DNA of 63,883 nt, counting the filler, from Saprolegnia diclina VS20 (taxonomy: Eukaryota): assembly GCF_000281045.1 (NCBI RefSeq). It is 12 parts of 6 records of this genome, joined end to end, with 100 filler letters (N's around TTAATTAATTAA, not from the genome) between each part and the next. Parts side by side here need not be neighbours in the genome. Positions count along the whole stretch, not along the records: positions 1 to 8,082 come from NW_008246142.1; positions 8,183 to 18,794 come from NW_008246142.1; 10 more parts are not named here. One strand, written 5' to 3'. Position 1 is the first letter of the stretch; the number at the start of each line of letters is the position of its first letter. Both the position numbers and the translations under genes were made by a program. The notes beneath the pieces are model-generated. The model saw nothing but the letters and a program-made list of their open reading frames with translations. It did not search any database and was not told the origin of the DNA. Positions 1 through 11,887 of the stretch are shown here, one piece after another.

Positions 1-1787
1 TTTGTGTCGATTCCGTCGCCACGCGCAACACCGACTGACGCCTCGGCGCTGACGCTGGCGTGGCACATCGCCGACAGATCGGTGACATTCCGCAACCCGT
101 CGACCAAAGCAGACGAGACCAAGGCCATCTTACACGATGTCTCGGGAACGGCTGCGCCCGGGCAGTTTATCGCAATCATGGGCCCATCGGGCGCTGGCAA
201 GAGCTCGCTTCTCGACGTCATATCCGGTCGTGTCACCAGCTTTCACGGCTCGGTCACGGTCAACGGCCAGCCATGGACACGCGGCGCACGTGCTACGTCA
301 TGCAAGACGACCTCTTCTACCACACGCTAACTGTGAAGGAGCATTTGCTCTTTCAGGCCCAATTGCGCATGGACCCGGACGCAAACCATGCGGCGCGTGT
401 CGCGGACGTGCTAGCGCTCATGGGCTTGAGCGACTGCCAAGACTGCTACATTGGCAACGCGGCGACCCGTGGCATCTCGGGTGGGGAGCGCAAACGTCTC
501 TCGCTGGCGTCGGAGCTTCTCACCAACCCATCGATTCTGTTTGTGGACGAGCCAACGTCGGGTCTTGATAGCGTCACGGCCGAGTCGGTGGTCCAGGAGC
601 TCCAGCAGCTTGCTGCACGTGGCCACACGGTGCTCGCGACCATGCACCAGCCGTCGTCGCAGATCTTTCGCCGCTTCGACGCGCTCTACTTGCTCTCGCA
701 CGGCCAGCTCGTGTACGCGGGCCAAGCCGCTGCCGCGGTCGACTACTTTGGCTCGATCGGCGTGCACTGCCCTGCGTATATGAACCCGGCCGACTTTTTC
801 ATGCAAGAAATCGCGCGCGTCGACCACTTGGCGCATCTCGTCGCGTCGTGGCGGGCGGTGGCGACGTCCGGTAGCCCAACCCCCACGAACATGACGGCGC
901 TCGATGCCCCGAGCCGCCCTGCACCGCACCGTCGCGCAGGACTGTACCAATGGTCGGTCTTGTGCCGGCGCAATCTCCGGCGCCTCGTGCGGGACACGGC
1001 TGCGTTCAAGGCCCGCCTCGCTCAGAGTGTCGTGCTCGCCCTTCTCTCAGGTCTTATTTACCGCAATTTAAGCCTCTCTCAGACCGGCATCCAGAGCTTT
1101 GCGGGCGCGCTCTTCTTTATCACGCTCAACCAAGGCATGCTCGCGGCCACGTCCGAGTTTGTGCAAATCCCGCTCGAGCTGCCGCTACTGCGCCGCGAAG
1201 TTAGCGCCGGCTTATACGCCCCTACAACGTGGTACTTGGCCAAGAACGTGAGCGAGCTCTGGACCCAAGTGCTCTTTCCTCTGCTCTTTGTCGTCCCCGT
1301 CTTCTTTCTCATTGGGTTTGACGCGCACGTCGAGGAGCCGGCTTCCGTGTTGTGGACCATGTCCCTCTTTTTGTCGCTGGTCACGAGCGCGTGCGTCGGG
1401 TTAGGGTACGTGATCTCGTGCGCCGTGCCCCGGCCCGACGTGGCGCCCATGGTCGGCATCGTCGCGCTCATGCCGCTCGTGCTCTTTGGCGGTCTCCTCG
1501 TGAACGCAAACGACACCCCGGGGTACTTTGTCTGGCTTGAGTACCTCTCGCCCATTCAATATGGGTACCGTGGCTTGAACCGCGCGTTTTGGACCGCTGT
1601 GCCTCACATTCCGTGTGCCACGGGGCAGCGCTGCGCTGCGCTCAGTGGCGCCGATGTACTGGAGAACGCAGCGCTCGATGGGCACTCGCTGCAGTACGAT
1701 GTAGGGCTCTTGCTCGCCATCAACGTCGGCTTTCGCTGCCTCGGCCTTCTCGCGCTACGACTTTCGTTGCGTAATCGAAGACACTAG
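1..1787 (+). CDS. ABCG (White-family) half transporter, 5' partial, with an apparent frameshift near 277-287
   Basis: Frame of ORF 4..330 has Walker A (AIMGPSGAGKSSLL). Frame of ORF 60..1787 continues with CYVMQDDLF, ISGGERKRLS, ILFVDEPTSGLDS, TMHQPSS and a C-terminal TM domain. No GT..AG intron bridges the frame change. Confidence 0.9.
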
Positions 1788-2145
1788 ATCCATTCACTGC
1801 AAAGTCAATGTACACTTTTCGCGTCACAATGGCGGTATTGCCGTCCATCCAAGTGATTTATTGTTCGTCGGGAATAGCTAACACAAAGCCTTGGCTTGTG
1901 ACTTTGTGGATACGCCTTCGAGCTCCCAGGCATTCTGCGTCATGTCATTGAAGCGTCTCGCACCCGTCGACGCAAAGCTGGATGAGACGACGACGACCAG
2001 CCGTCCGCAGATGCAAGCGATGTTCTACCAGTGACATTGGCTCTTTCATACGGCTCAGGTGGCAACGCGCAGATGCCCAAGTACAAGCGGGTGTCGTTGT
2101 CGACAAAGAGGCTTCAAAGCACAAACATCAATGCAGTACATGCGC

Positions 2146-3768
2146 TTAGAGCTCCTGTTGCTGCGTCGACGGCGGTCGGGGTGGCAACGATGGCTGCGCA
2201 AAGGCCGACGTCCGGTTGCCTTGGGTATCCACGCCGCGGGTCTGCTGCTTGGCTTTGGCCGAGGCCTTTAACGAGTTGAACCATGCTTCGTACTTTTGGA
2301 GCAGCACGTCCTGCAACACTCTACCGTGAGATAGAAGGCAAGAAACACAGCAAAACCTTTTCTTGGGCAGTGCGCTGCGCCGCATCCAGCTCGGCACGGA
2401 GTTCGGCGACGAGCGGTGAATCTTCAACGTCGCTAGCCGTTGCATATATATGAGCGGCAACGTATGACGAGCCAAGTAGTCGTACATGTGCGACGGCTTG
2501 GCGTCTTGTCGCTGCTGCTGACGACGCCACTCTTCCAGTGCGCGCTTGAGCACGACAAACTAGCCGAGGGGTTAGGGTGGACACCCTTTCTCATGAACTG
2601 CACCTTTTGGTTGTACTCGAGTTTGAACGTCTCCATGGTTTGCGTCAATCGCTTATTCTCGTCGGCCATTCCTTCAGTGCTCTGGACGTCCTATCGCCAC
2701 ATCCACATGGCAAAATGCGTCGACATCGAAGCGCGCACCTGACGCAGCTTGGCGTTCTCCGTGCTGAGTGTCTTGACGGTGTGGGTGAGGCGTGCGATTT
2801 CGTGCTTGTGTGTCGCCAGTGCGGCCCGCAGATGCTCCATGGCATCCGTCGACGGCGATGACGAGAGCCCGTCGTCCTATACACATGTGCTCGCATGGTC
2901 AATGCAGAGCGCGCAGCTAAGACTACGTCATGATGGGGCGGCTTCTCCGGCGACGGCATGATCTCTACAGTCGTCGTGACGATAGCGTGAAGAACTCGCA
3001 AGCGTCTACCGTCTTCTTTGATGGGGCTCGGGATCGAGAGGCGCGACGATGGTGCGGTTGAGAGCTGGCTCAAGTACCGTTCGCGGTGGTTCTTGTTGCG
3101 GTTCCCGATCGCGGCCTTGAGCGTCGTCTCGCCGTCGACACGGGACACGAGGGGCATGCGCGCATTGCCCGTCGGCAAGAGGCAGAACGAGTCGCCGAGG
3201 TCCGAGCTCAGGTACTGCTTGGACGCAGGCCGCGCCCCGGCGTTCGTAGCATACCCCGGAAGGCCAAGCGCTTTCAGGCGCTCAAAGAGGTCCTCCATCT
3301 CGGATGCTGCCTCGCGCATGGACGTGGCGCTGTGCGGCGCGCTGGAGGATGGTGTCTCGCTCTTGGCCGAGGTCTGCGCCGGGACGAACGGCGCTGCTGT
3401 CGTCGTCGTCGTCGTGGACGGCGGTGGAAACGACGGGCGGGGCGTCGCGTCTGGCATCAGCGCCATCTGCCACCGCACAGCGCGCTGCTCGTGGTTCTCC
3501 GCAATAAGCTTGAGCGCAGCGCGCGTCTTGACGTCATTGGCGGCAATGTCATCCAGGGCGCGAAGGTAGCATTGGCTCGCCAACTGCTCGAGCTGCTCGG
3601 CGCGGTCCAGCTACACACGCCATGAGATGCACTCGTTATCGGCGAAGAAGCTACATGTCCAGAGGAAGCATACTCCTCGGCCTCGAGCGCATACTGATGG
3701 CCGAGGACGACGGCCGACCGCGACGTCGCTGCCCGCTGCGGCCGGCCCGCGGTTGGTTTCATCAGCAT
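2146..3768 (-). CDS. Multi-exon hypothetical protein, N-terminal MIT-like helical bundle plus C-terminal coiled coil (NRBF2/Atg38-like architecture, tentative)
   Basis: Joinable minus-strand segments: MLMKP...LGHQYALEAEEY, ASQCYLRALDDIAANDVKTRAALKLIAENHEQRA, ADENKRLTQTMETFKLEYNQKV, LKRALEEWRRQQQ, LLQKYEAWFNSLKASAKAKQQ...stop at 2146. Exon boundaries only approximate. Confidence 0.5.
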
Positions 3769-4289
3769 CCTGCGAATTTCGACCCGAAGAAGCACGGTCG
3801 CGAATATAACATGATAGAGGTCTGGAAGCACTTGATATTTGCATGTCGAAGTGAATATGTTATTATAGAGGTTCTCCCGACCAAGATCAAACGTGGCAGC
3901 ACCAGCGTGCGAGGACTTGATCAGTACTCGAGTTCTGTTGCCGCAGTTGATTAAAACAGTGCACCGTGAAGTACACCGCGATACGTGCGCGTCTAGTACA
4001 GCTGCCGAGTGGGCTCGAGGAAGTTGGAGGCGGCCCACAGGGTCGACCTTAATGTCCTTGTGTGGCGAGTTGCCACCAAGTACCGCGCGCATGTGACGGA
4101 AGCGACTACCGGGTAGGCACCAAGAACAACTACAGGTCTATAGTCTACATGGTCCACATGTCTATAGAGCTGGTGTACGTTGAAGCTACAACCCTTCCCA
4201 TCTACTCGGTCGACGCGATCGACGACGGCTCGACGACCATGTACCGAACATGGTCGTGCCCCATGTCCTGAGTACGGTGGGCGGTGAGG

Positions 4290-4500
4290 CGACTTGTGTC
4301 CAGTCGTCGAAATGCAAAATGACGCGCGTCCGCTCGGAAAAGCCGTGTTTGGCGAAGAATGCGAAGCCCGCTTCGCTTGCATGGACCCACATCGGGAGAT
4401 TGCCGCGAAGACCCCACGCGAGAAGCGCGCCGCCGACGCCCGCGCGTTGTTGCGCCGGCGCAATCAAGCCAACTCCGTCGCGCTGCGCGCACGTGGTCGT
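4290..4500 (-). pseudogene. GNAT acetyltransferase fragment
   Basis: IAPAQQRAGVGGALLAWG fits acetyl-CoA motif A (Q/RxxGxG), followed by VHASEAGFAFFAKHGF (motif B-like). No coherent N-terminal half in frame. Confidence 0.5.
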
Positions 4501-6109
4501 CCCGGGAAGCTGACGACGCCGGTCTTGCCGCCGCCGACCAGGACGCGGCTCTTCGTCGAACAGCCATTCTGTACATGACACATAAAATAATACCATACAA
4601 ATCACAAATGTGTGCTATAAAAATATACAGCGGGTCATTCCTTCAAAGCAAACCACACACACATGTAAAAAATACAACCAAGGCACATCACCATACGACG
4701 ACTTTGCTGTAGACTCCATTCTTACAACGGCGGCGCATTTGGATGAAGGGAATATACATCCCCGACCGATTGAAGTGATGGCCATCATCCGGATAAAAGG
4801 ATGAGGGGTTGTATGTTATACAAAATACAAGTGTGGGTGAGATCTTCCGGATACTGGTGCTGGGCGGCTGGTCGAGCATTTTGCCGTTTGCGGGCATGCG
4901 CCAACGCCGCCCGTTCAGCTTTCTGCTTTGCGCCACCCGCATGTGCGTAGCTTGGTCGAGAAGAAAGGCCATGCATACGTCGGCTTCTGTGGTACGGCGA
5001 CCGCGATGACAACGATGACTCGTGCGCTCTCTTGTAGGACCACACGCGCTATGCGTAAGGCTCGAGGAGTCTTGTCACGAAATTCCACAACTTGCCGACA
5101 ACAAGGTATGCCCATTGAGCTGCGCCGATCGAAGCGGAGCCAAGCGGCGAACCCGCTGCAGCCATCCACGCCTGGCAAGCCGTCGAAGCCAAGCGCACCG
5201 ACGACGGACGACGCGACGAAGCTCGCGTTCGACGCGCTAGTCGAAGAGCTCATGGCATGGTTCAAGAATCGCAACGAGCGGGTACCTCTTTGCGGATTCG
5301 CAGCGCTGGCCATGCGCGAACGACACGGCTCAAAGTCCAAGTGGTCGAAGAAGGAGCAAGCAGCGTTCGCAGCGCTACAGGCGCTGGGCAAGGACCAGGA
5401 CGACACAACGTGGTCGCTGCTCCGGACCTTCTCAAATGACGGCGACGAGAAGCTCTTCACGACTTGGTACGTCTTCGATACCACCCATGTCGTCTATCGT
5501 TGAGGCGCATAGCTTTTGCGCCGCCCGAGACCGCAGCCACATTGTACGGACCTCGATATGTCAACCAACTGCGTCAGTGTGTTGTAGGCTCAAGAAGCAG
5601 CAGGAGACCACTGCGAATGCCGAGAAGAAGCGCCACCCCGACGACCAAGCTGCACTGTACGTAGACGATATCGAACTCAAGCCACAAGATGGCTACGACA
5701 TGTATAGGCACGGGGATCCAAAAAGGCCAAGCTCGCGCTGGCCGCCACGTCGCCGCCCGCCATCGGCGAGGCCAAGGCGATCCTCTCGCAAGACGCATGG
5801 ATCCAGCGTCAAGACGATTTACTGCAGCACCAAGACGCATGGCGCTGCATCCAAGCGTCTTGGCGCTGCATCAAATCATCTTGACGCTGCACAAGACGCT
5901 TGGATGCAACAATACGATGTCCAGATGGAGCACCGTACGGATTCGATTTGTCTGCGCTTGTCGTCGGCATCACGCGGCGGGCGCGAGAGGGCGTCGGCGA
6001 CCACGTCCTCGACACGAGTTTAAGCTCAAACTAAGAAAAACAATCCAGCTATTGGACTATCTTGGCGTTGAGCAGAGGCGTTTCGAGGAACAAGCGCCAC
6101 ACGCTGCTG

Positions 6110-7750
6110 ACTGTGAAGAGCGTGAACGGCGTGGCCAGAGGTACGCCACTTGGCCAGTGCCATCTTGGTCGCGTAGAGCTCCTTCTCGTGCGCGCGCCAG
6201 TTGAGCTCGGCACTAAAGAGCTACTTCGACGAACGCAATCGGGTGGTCATCGCTGGACTCGTTGACTGGAGCGCATTTCGCGTCGGTCGGTCACTGCTCA
6301 ATGGCACAGAGATAGTCAGGTCGACCGCAATGCCATCGCGCGTCATCATATGGCCGAGGTAGTCGATCTCGGGCATCGCAAACTTGCCCGTGGTCATGCG
6401 GCAGTAGTTGTGCGCGCCGCATCTCAAACACCGCGCGCAACGTGCTCGTTCAGCGTCTTTCAGACGATCGCAATTCAGTCCATGTACACGACCGCAAAGT
6501 CGAGCCTGCCAAGCGCTTCTTCATGAGGCCTGCCAAGCGCTTCTTCATGAGGCGTGGCCTGTCATCCCCATCGACACCATGAACCACTCGTACGTGTCCG
6601 AGTGCCGTGAACTTGCGGGACTCGGGATCGACGAGCATCGTAGCCCGTTGCAAGGTCGAGCTTCGAGACCCACTCGGAGCCCTTCATGCGATCGAAGAGC
6701 GCGTCACGGGATGCGTGGGATCTCTTGCTGCGAGCTCGTGTAGAGGTAGTCGAGCACCCATCGGATCTTGGACTGTGACGTGAGCGACTTGACAAGCTCT
6801 GCAACAGTGGCTTTAATGAGACAGTCCTCCTCCGACCGGACCGCGTAGGTGCCCTTCGTCAGGCGCGGTGGTTACCGGAACGACGCACTGACGACTTGGG
6901 GTTGACAGCCGTAATCATGCGAGTGCGCCAGTTGATCGTTGAGTTGTACTCATAGAACTACGAAAATGGTGTCGACAAAGTCCCACGCGATCCTCTCAAG
7001 CTGCGGGAACGTGTGGTTGCCGATCGCGACGACATACACGGGTTGACCTGCTTCTGGACGCTGCTGTTGAGTCCGCCGACAGCCTCGACAATCGGGCCGC
7101 CAAACGTATCGCATATCGTTGTAGGTTCGTCGCACCGCAATTGAGGAAGGCGCGAGCGCCATGGCCGTCAATCGCGCCGTTGGAGATCATGAGCTCTTGT
7201 ACAACAGCTCCATGTGGCGCGGCTATTGTGTTGACCTGCACCTTGGTCGTCTTCGCAGGCGGTTTGGACGACTTGGGCGGCTTCAAGAACACACACTCGG
7301 GGCCGCATCCTTGTCGGAGAAATCAAGACTACCTTCCAGGCCGGGTCTTCACTGAGATCGACAACACCAGGACCTCACTGGGATGATGCCTGCTGCGGCG
7401 CGGCTTGGCCTCGTCCTTGGCGTCCTGGTTACAACGATCGTTGCGCTCACGCTCGTCGCCAAAATGCACGTTCAAAGCAGACATGCGTCCGAGTGAAAGC
7501 CAATCTCGCGGAGACCAGCTCCATCTTCGACTGCGACTTGAGGCCACGGATGGAATACGCGATCTTGTTGGTCACCCGCACCATGATCTTGCGGAGCAGT
7601 TGGACGTGTACTCGTTCAACCCACCCCGCAGTTGCGTCGGCGGAGATTGGACAAATCTTCACGGAGCCGTTCCTGGATGTCAACTCTTTAGCCAAGCGTC
7701 TTGAACGGGTTGCCAGCCGTAAACTAGGTGCGCACCCACACAACGGTCGG
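6110..7750 (-). mobile_element. Degenerate Ty3/Gypsy LTR-retrotransposon gag-pol relic
   Basis: In order on the minus strand: gag-like segment (~7450-7700), protease-like ARAFLNCGATN (~7130-7170), RT DALFDRMKGSEWVSKLDLATGY (~6640-6710) and GKFAMPEIDYLGH (~6350-6390), RNase H HPIAF...AELNWRAHEKELYA..ALAKWR (~6140-6250). Many frameshifts and deletions. Confidence 0.85.
6504..6553. repeat. 24-bp tandem duplication (GCCTGCCAAGCGCTTCTTCATGAG x2)
   Basis: Directly visible inside the retrotransposon relic. Confidence 0.85.
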
Positions 7751-8082
7751 TGAACGCAAGCTGGAACAAGCGCATGTCAAAGTTGCTCGGGTCGGACGAG
7801 TCGTCGGCCGTCCAGCGGAGCTACAACTGCTGGTAGTGGAGTATGAGGTCCTCCTTGATGGCACCGCAGCGGCTGCACATGGTTCAAGCCGTCGCGCTGC
7901 TTCGCCGTCGCCTGCTGCGTGAGCTTCTCGGTGGCCGTCGTCATGCTGACCAAAAGCTGGAGTGCGTCCTTGGGAGCGGTGGGAAATCTCCCTCCATCGC
8001 GACGTTGTCCTTCGACATCCTTTCGACTGTTTCGCTTGGGCGGCCTTCGCCGAGGCGGCTTCTCTTGATCTTCCGACAGTCT

Positions 8083-8182
8083 NNNNNNNNNNNNNNNNNN
8101 NNNNNNNNNNNNNNNNNNNNNNNNNNTTAATTAATTAANNNNNNNNNNNNNNNNNNNNNNNNNNNNNNNNNNNNNNNNNNNN
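8083..8182. other. Artificial contig linker N-TTAATTAATTAA-N (first of 11; other cores near 18839, 21037, 22405, 26719, 32261, 46179, 51374, 57462, 58870, 62826)
   Basis: Identical 12-mer with stops in all six frames, embedded in ~100-nt N spacers. Confidence 0.97.
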
Positions 8183-8638
8183 TATATTGGATTACTCTGT
8201 TGGTACGCATGCAGCTCGCTTAGGGCGGTACACAAGACCCATGCCATGAACCTCTCGACGTTTTTGTTATGCAGTACTTTGGTGGGTCGTATGTCAAGAG
8301 AATAGTTCCTGCTCTTTATGGACGCCACAACTTCTCGTCATGAAACCTAGCCCTATGCGGGGTAGGGATCAACGAAAAATATTGATGGCTATACTGTACC
8401 TCGATTTTTTTCGTAAATTGTCATCGGATTCATCGAGATACTGCCAAGCCCGAGCACGAGCCAGAGCCAAGGCAGCCCTGGCACCCACGGCAGTGTCTTT
8501 TTTAGAATGGGGTGGCCACCATCCAGTGACACCACATCATCCCTCGATTAGAATCACTTCCGAACTAAGCTTGGCGCCAGCCTTGCACTTTTTTAGAAGG
8601 TTGGCGAGTCCCTTCCACGGTTCATCGAGTGGACAACG

Positions 8639-9790
8639 TTAATCAGGTACTAGTACTAGCCTATATAGTGTCATAGCGCTGCAACAGCGGCGACGGGTTA
8701 AAACAGAATGATGTTGGTGTGCTGGCAAGCGCTTGTCATGTTCCTTCCAAAACAGATATGCATGCAATACATGTATTTTGGTAACGTCACGCCGCGCTGC
8801 GCCACCGAGACGGGCGTCCCCACCACTATTATCTACCCCTGGCTCGAGGTCGCCCTCGTTTCGGTGGGCCAAGAGAAACCGGACCACGTCTTCGCGGCCG
8901 CGGTACGTTGCGCCCTCGAGTGCTTTGTCTGTGCAGCCTTCATGGCGGTGGCGGTGCAGATAGGCCACGACGTCGAGGTGCCCACCTTCGGCCGCGCCGT
9001 CCATCGCGAGCGTCGTGCAGCCTTCGGAGCGCGACTCGTGCAGGAAGGCGACGACGCGCAAGTGGCCGCCTATGGCTGCGTAGTCCATGGCAAAGCGCGT
9101 ACACCCTTCCGTGCGCTGCGCGTGCAGGTACAAGACGACGTCGAGATGGCCGTTGCACACGGCAAAATCCATTGCGTCGACTGTCGCACCGTCGTCGCGC
9201 TGTGTGTTCGAGAAGCGGACAACGTCCAAGTGGCCGTTGCGCGCGGCAAAGTTGAGCGCAGCCATGGAGCAGTCTTCCGACCGGTGCGAGTGCAGGAAGC
9301 GCACGACGTCCAAGTGACCGTTCTCGGCCGCGTAGTCCTTGCCTTTGCTCGTGCAGCCCTCGTCTCGGTGCTCGTGGAGGAAGCGCAGCACGTCGAGGTG
9401 GCCGTAGCACGCCGCCGAGTTCATGGCCTGGACCGTCGCCGGGTATCCGAGTTCGTGGACGAAGCGCACGAAGCGGTGGCGGCCAAAGCGCGCTGCGCAG
9501 TCGAGCGTCTGGGCCGAGACATAAGACCGGCCGCAGCACGCGAGCCAGCGCAGAATGAGATCCAAATTTCTTCGTAGATGGCAATGTGCAGCAGGAAGCG
9601 CTTGTCGGCGCCGAGCCAGTTGAGCATGAGATCGAGGCCGCCCGAGACGCGGTCGCCGCTCGGCAAGAGGTAGTCGCCATGGCTGCGCTTCATACTCTTC
9701 CACTGCAGCACGCGCGGGCGAAGATCGCCAAAGTACCCGTCTTGGTACGACACGATCGCATCCAAGAGCACGTCGTTGAGGAGCACGGCG
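8639..9790 (-). pseudogene. Oomycete ankyrin-repeat protein (GCTxxAMDxAAxxGHLDVVxFLH repeats), frameshifted
   Basis: About 7 ankyrin-like repeats in ORF 8639..9703. The N-terminal part (LDAIVSYQDG...FLLHIAIYE) is in a different frame (9421..9786), with the shift near 9570. No clear ATG; degenerate C-terminus. Confidence 0.8.
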
Positions 9791-10102
9791 CGGTGCGGAA
9801 AGGCGTTTTTTCTGGCTGCCGTCCGTTTGCTTGCGCTCCGTGGCGTTCGTTTATCCTATCGGCTATTGTTAAATATAAAAAGTATGAAAAAGTTGTATTG
9901 GCTAATCAAACACAGCTACATTTGCTAAAAACACCCAACACGGTATACTGAAACCTAGATGAAAAGAAATGAAACGTCGTTTTTGATCCGCGCGCTGGAA
10001 TGGGACGCTCGCCGATCGGGTCTGCTGCAAGGCCGGGCTTTGGATGTACTTTGCATCGGTTTTTCCTCGGTCGCTTCCGGCAGCGCGATCCGCTCGGCGC
10101 TC

Positions 10103-10659
10103 ATGGATCCGGTGAAGGAGGACGCGGACAAGCTGGCGAAGAAGGTCTCGCGCTTCATGACGAAGAACCCGCGGGCGGCGATGGCCGACGTGGCGCGCCA
10201 CGTGCTGGAAAACGAGACTCTCACCGAGGAAGAGCGCGACGCCTGGGTGGACCTACGAGTCAAGGGTCATGACGAGCTCGTTCAAGCGGGTATCGTCTGC
10301 GACCAGCTGGGTCTCGTCCATGCCCTGGAACACTCGCAGCGGGTCTACTGCCGCCGCCGTCGACGCTTCCAGTCGAGGGGGCGACAGTCGCCGACTATGT
10401 GTACGCGTGGCGTCTCGAGAAGGACTGCGCGGCGTTGATCGAACGGCTCACTGCTCGCGTGGGTCCGACGCGCGTTCTGGAGCAGTTTGGGACGCTCGTG
10501 GCGTTTGAAGTCGACCGCCAGTCGGCCTCGAATGTGACGCTCGCCGACTTGTTTGAGCTGCTCGAAGGCGCCAAGCACGAGCTTCGCATTGAGCGCTATA
10601 GCATCAGCGAACTGGCGCTGGATCAAGTGTTTCACCACTTGACCGACCCCTCAACATAG
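10103..10659 (+). pseudogene. C-terminal fragment of an ABCA transporter
   Basis: VLEQFGTLVAFEV...LADLFELLEGAKHELRIERYSISELALDQVF matches the ABCA terminal motif (YSxSQxTLEQVF). No NBD or TM domains upstream; frame change near 10340-10400. Confidence 0.7.
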
Positions 10660-11887
10660 TTCGTTTTTGGATAATCGACAATTATGACCAGCATAAGACT
10701 GTGTCGCAGATGGTTTTGTTGTATTTTGTCTGCGAAAACAGTACATCTCGTCGGACGACCCTATGCATATCGATATTTGGTGTTTCGGTTTATCTAGGGA
10801 AATATATCGATTTAACTTGGTGCAATGCAGGATGAATTCGTGCGCCTCTGGTGTTTCGAGCGGCTTCAAGGACACTGCAAAGAGAAAGAGCTGGTCATCG
10901 AGGCACCGAGATGAATGACGACGACCCTTTGGTCTAGGCCAATGACGGTTATGCTATCGGTTTGCCGTATGTAGATCTGTTCAAATAGAAATTCAAATCG
11001 TATTCGAGTCGATACGTTGCTTTAGCATGTCGAGTGCCAAGTCGTGCGCGATGCTCAGCCCGGCGCAGAATTGAGGCACAGGATGACTTTGGGGCTAGGG
11101 TTAGCTCGATCGTAGTCTAGTAATGGGCACACACGGTTGCTCTGCAGCACATGTTGTGTAGGGGCGATTACGTAGTTGCTAGCGATTGACAATACACTGG
11201 TCCACGCACGCTGGACCACTGACCGTGCCGTGGTCTTGAGCGCGTCATACGAGTAACACTGATAGTGCAATCCGGTTGGCTCAACAAGTTGTGCGCATGA
11301 TGGTCATTTGCAATGACATGCATTTGGCTTGCCTGCCATTGGCCAAGCGGTTGATCCTCTGCGCGCCATCCGAGCACTCATCGTGCATTGATGACTCGAG
11401 CAGCCCACGAGTCGATCGATCAAACAAACATGGTCACTTTGGTCTCCAACGCAACAGCATCCAGGCCCCGATACAAAGGCATTCACGAGGCTACCCAGAG
11501 ACTATGCACTCTCTGCAGAAGGCAACTTGTCGTTCGACTGCGATACAACACCAAACACCATTACGTGTGGCTTCTAACGGAAGCATTGGTTTGTCGCGGC
11601 AGAAACGACCGACATTGTGTCGAGGAGCGTTGGTCCCAACCGCGCGATTCCACTGGAATATCAGCTTCGTAGTCATTCCTAATGCCGTGTGAGGTGCGGC
11701 GGTAGTCAGATGCACCCAAACAGCCAGTAGAAAGGACCGCACACAAACACCTAGTTGGTATAGTATGTACCGCCGAACATGACGTCGACTAACCCGCGGT
11801 GGCTTTTACGTCGGTCGCGTTTTCTTGATGGAATACAGAGCCTCTTCACACCACTCCGAAACCAAGTCTCCTTGACGCATTTCGAAA

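Noticed and set aside
1942..2279. Small plus-strand gene between the ABCG gene and the coiled-coil gene
   Set aside because: Short, needs an assumed intron, overlaps the 3' end of the minus-strand gene and has no motif.
4928..6100. ORFs 4928..5503 and 5436..6023 as genes
   Set aside because: Coding-like patches but no recognisable domain, with frame breaks, beside a retroelement relic. Cannot be supported.
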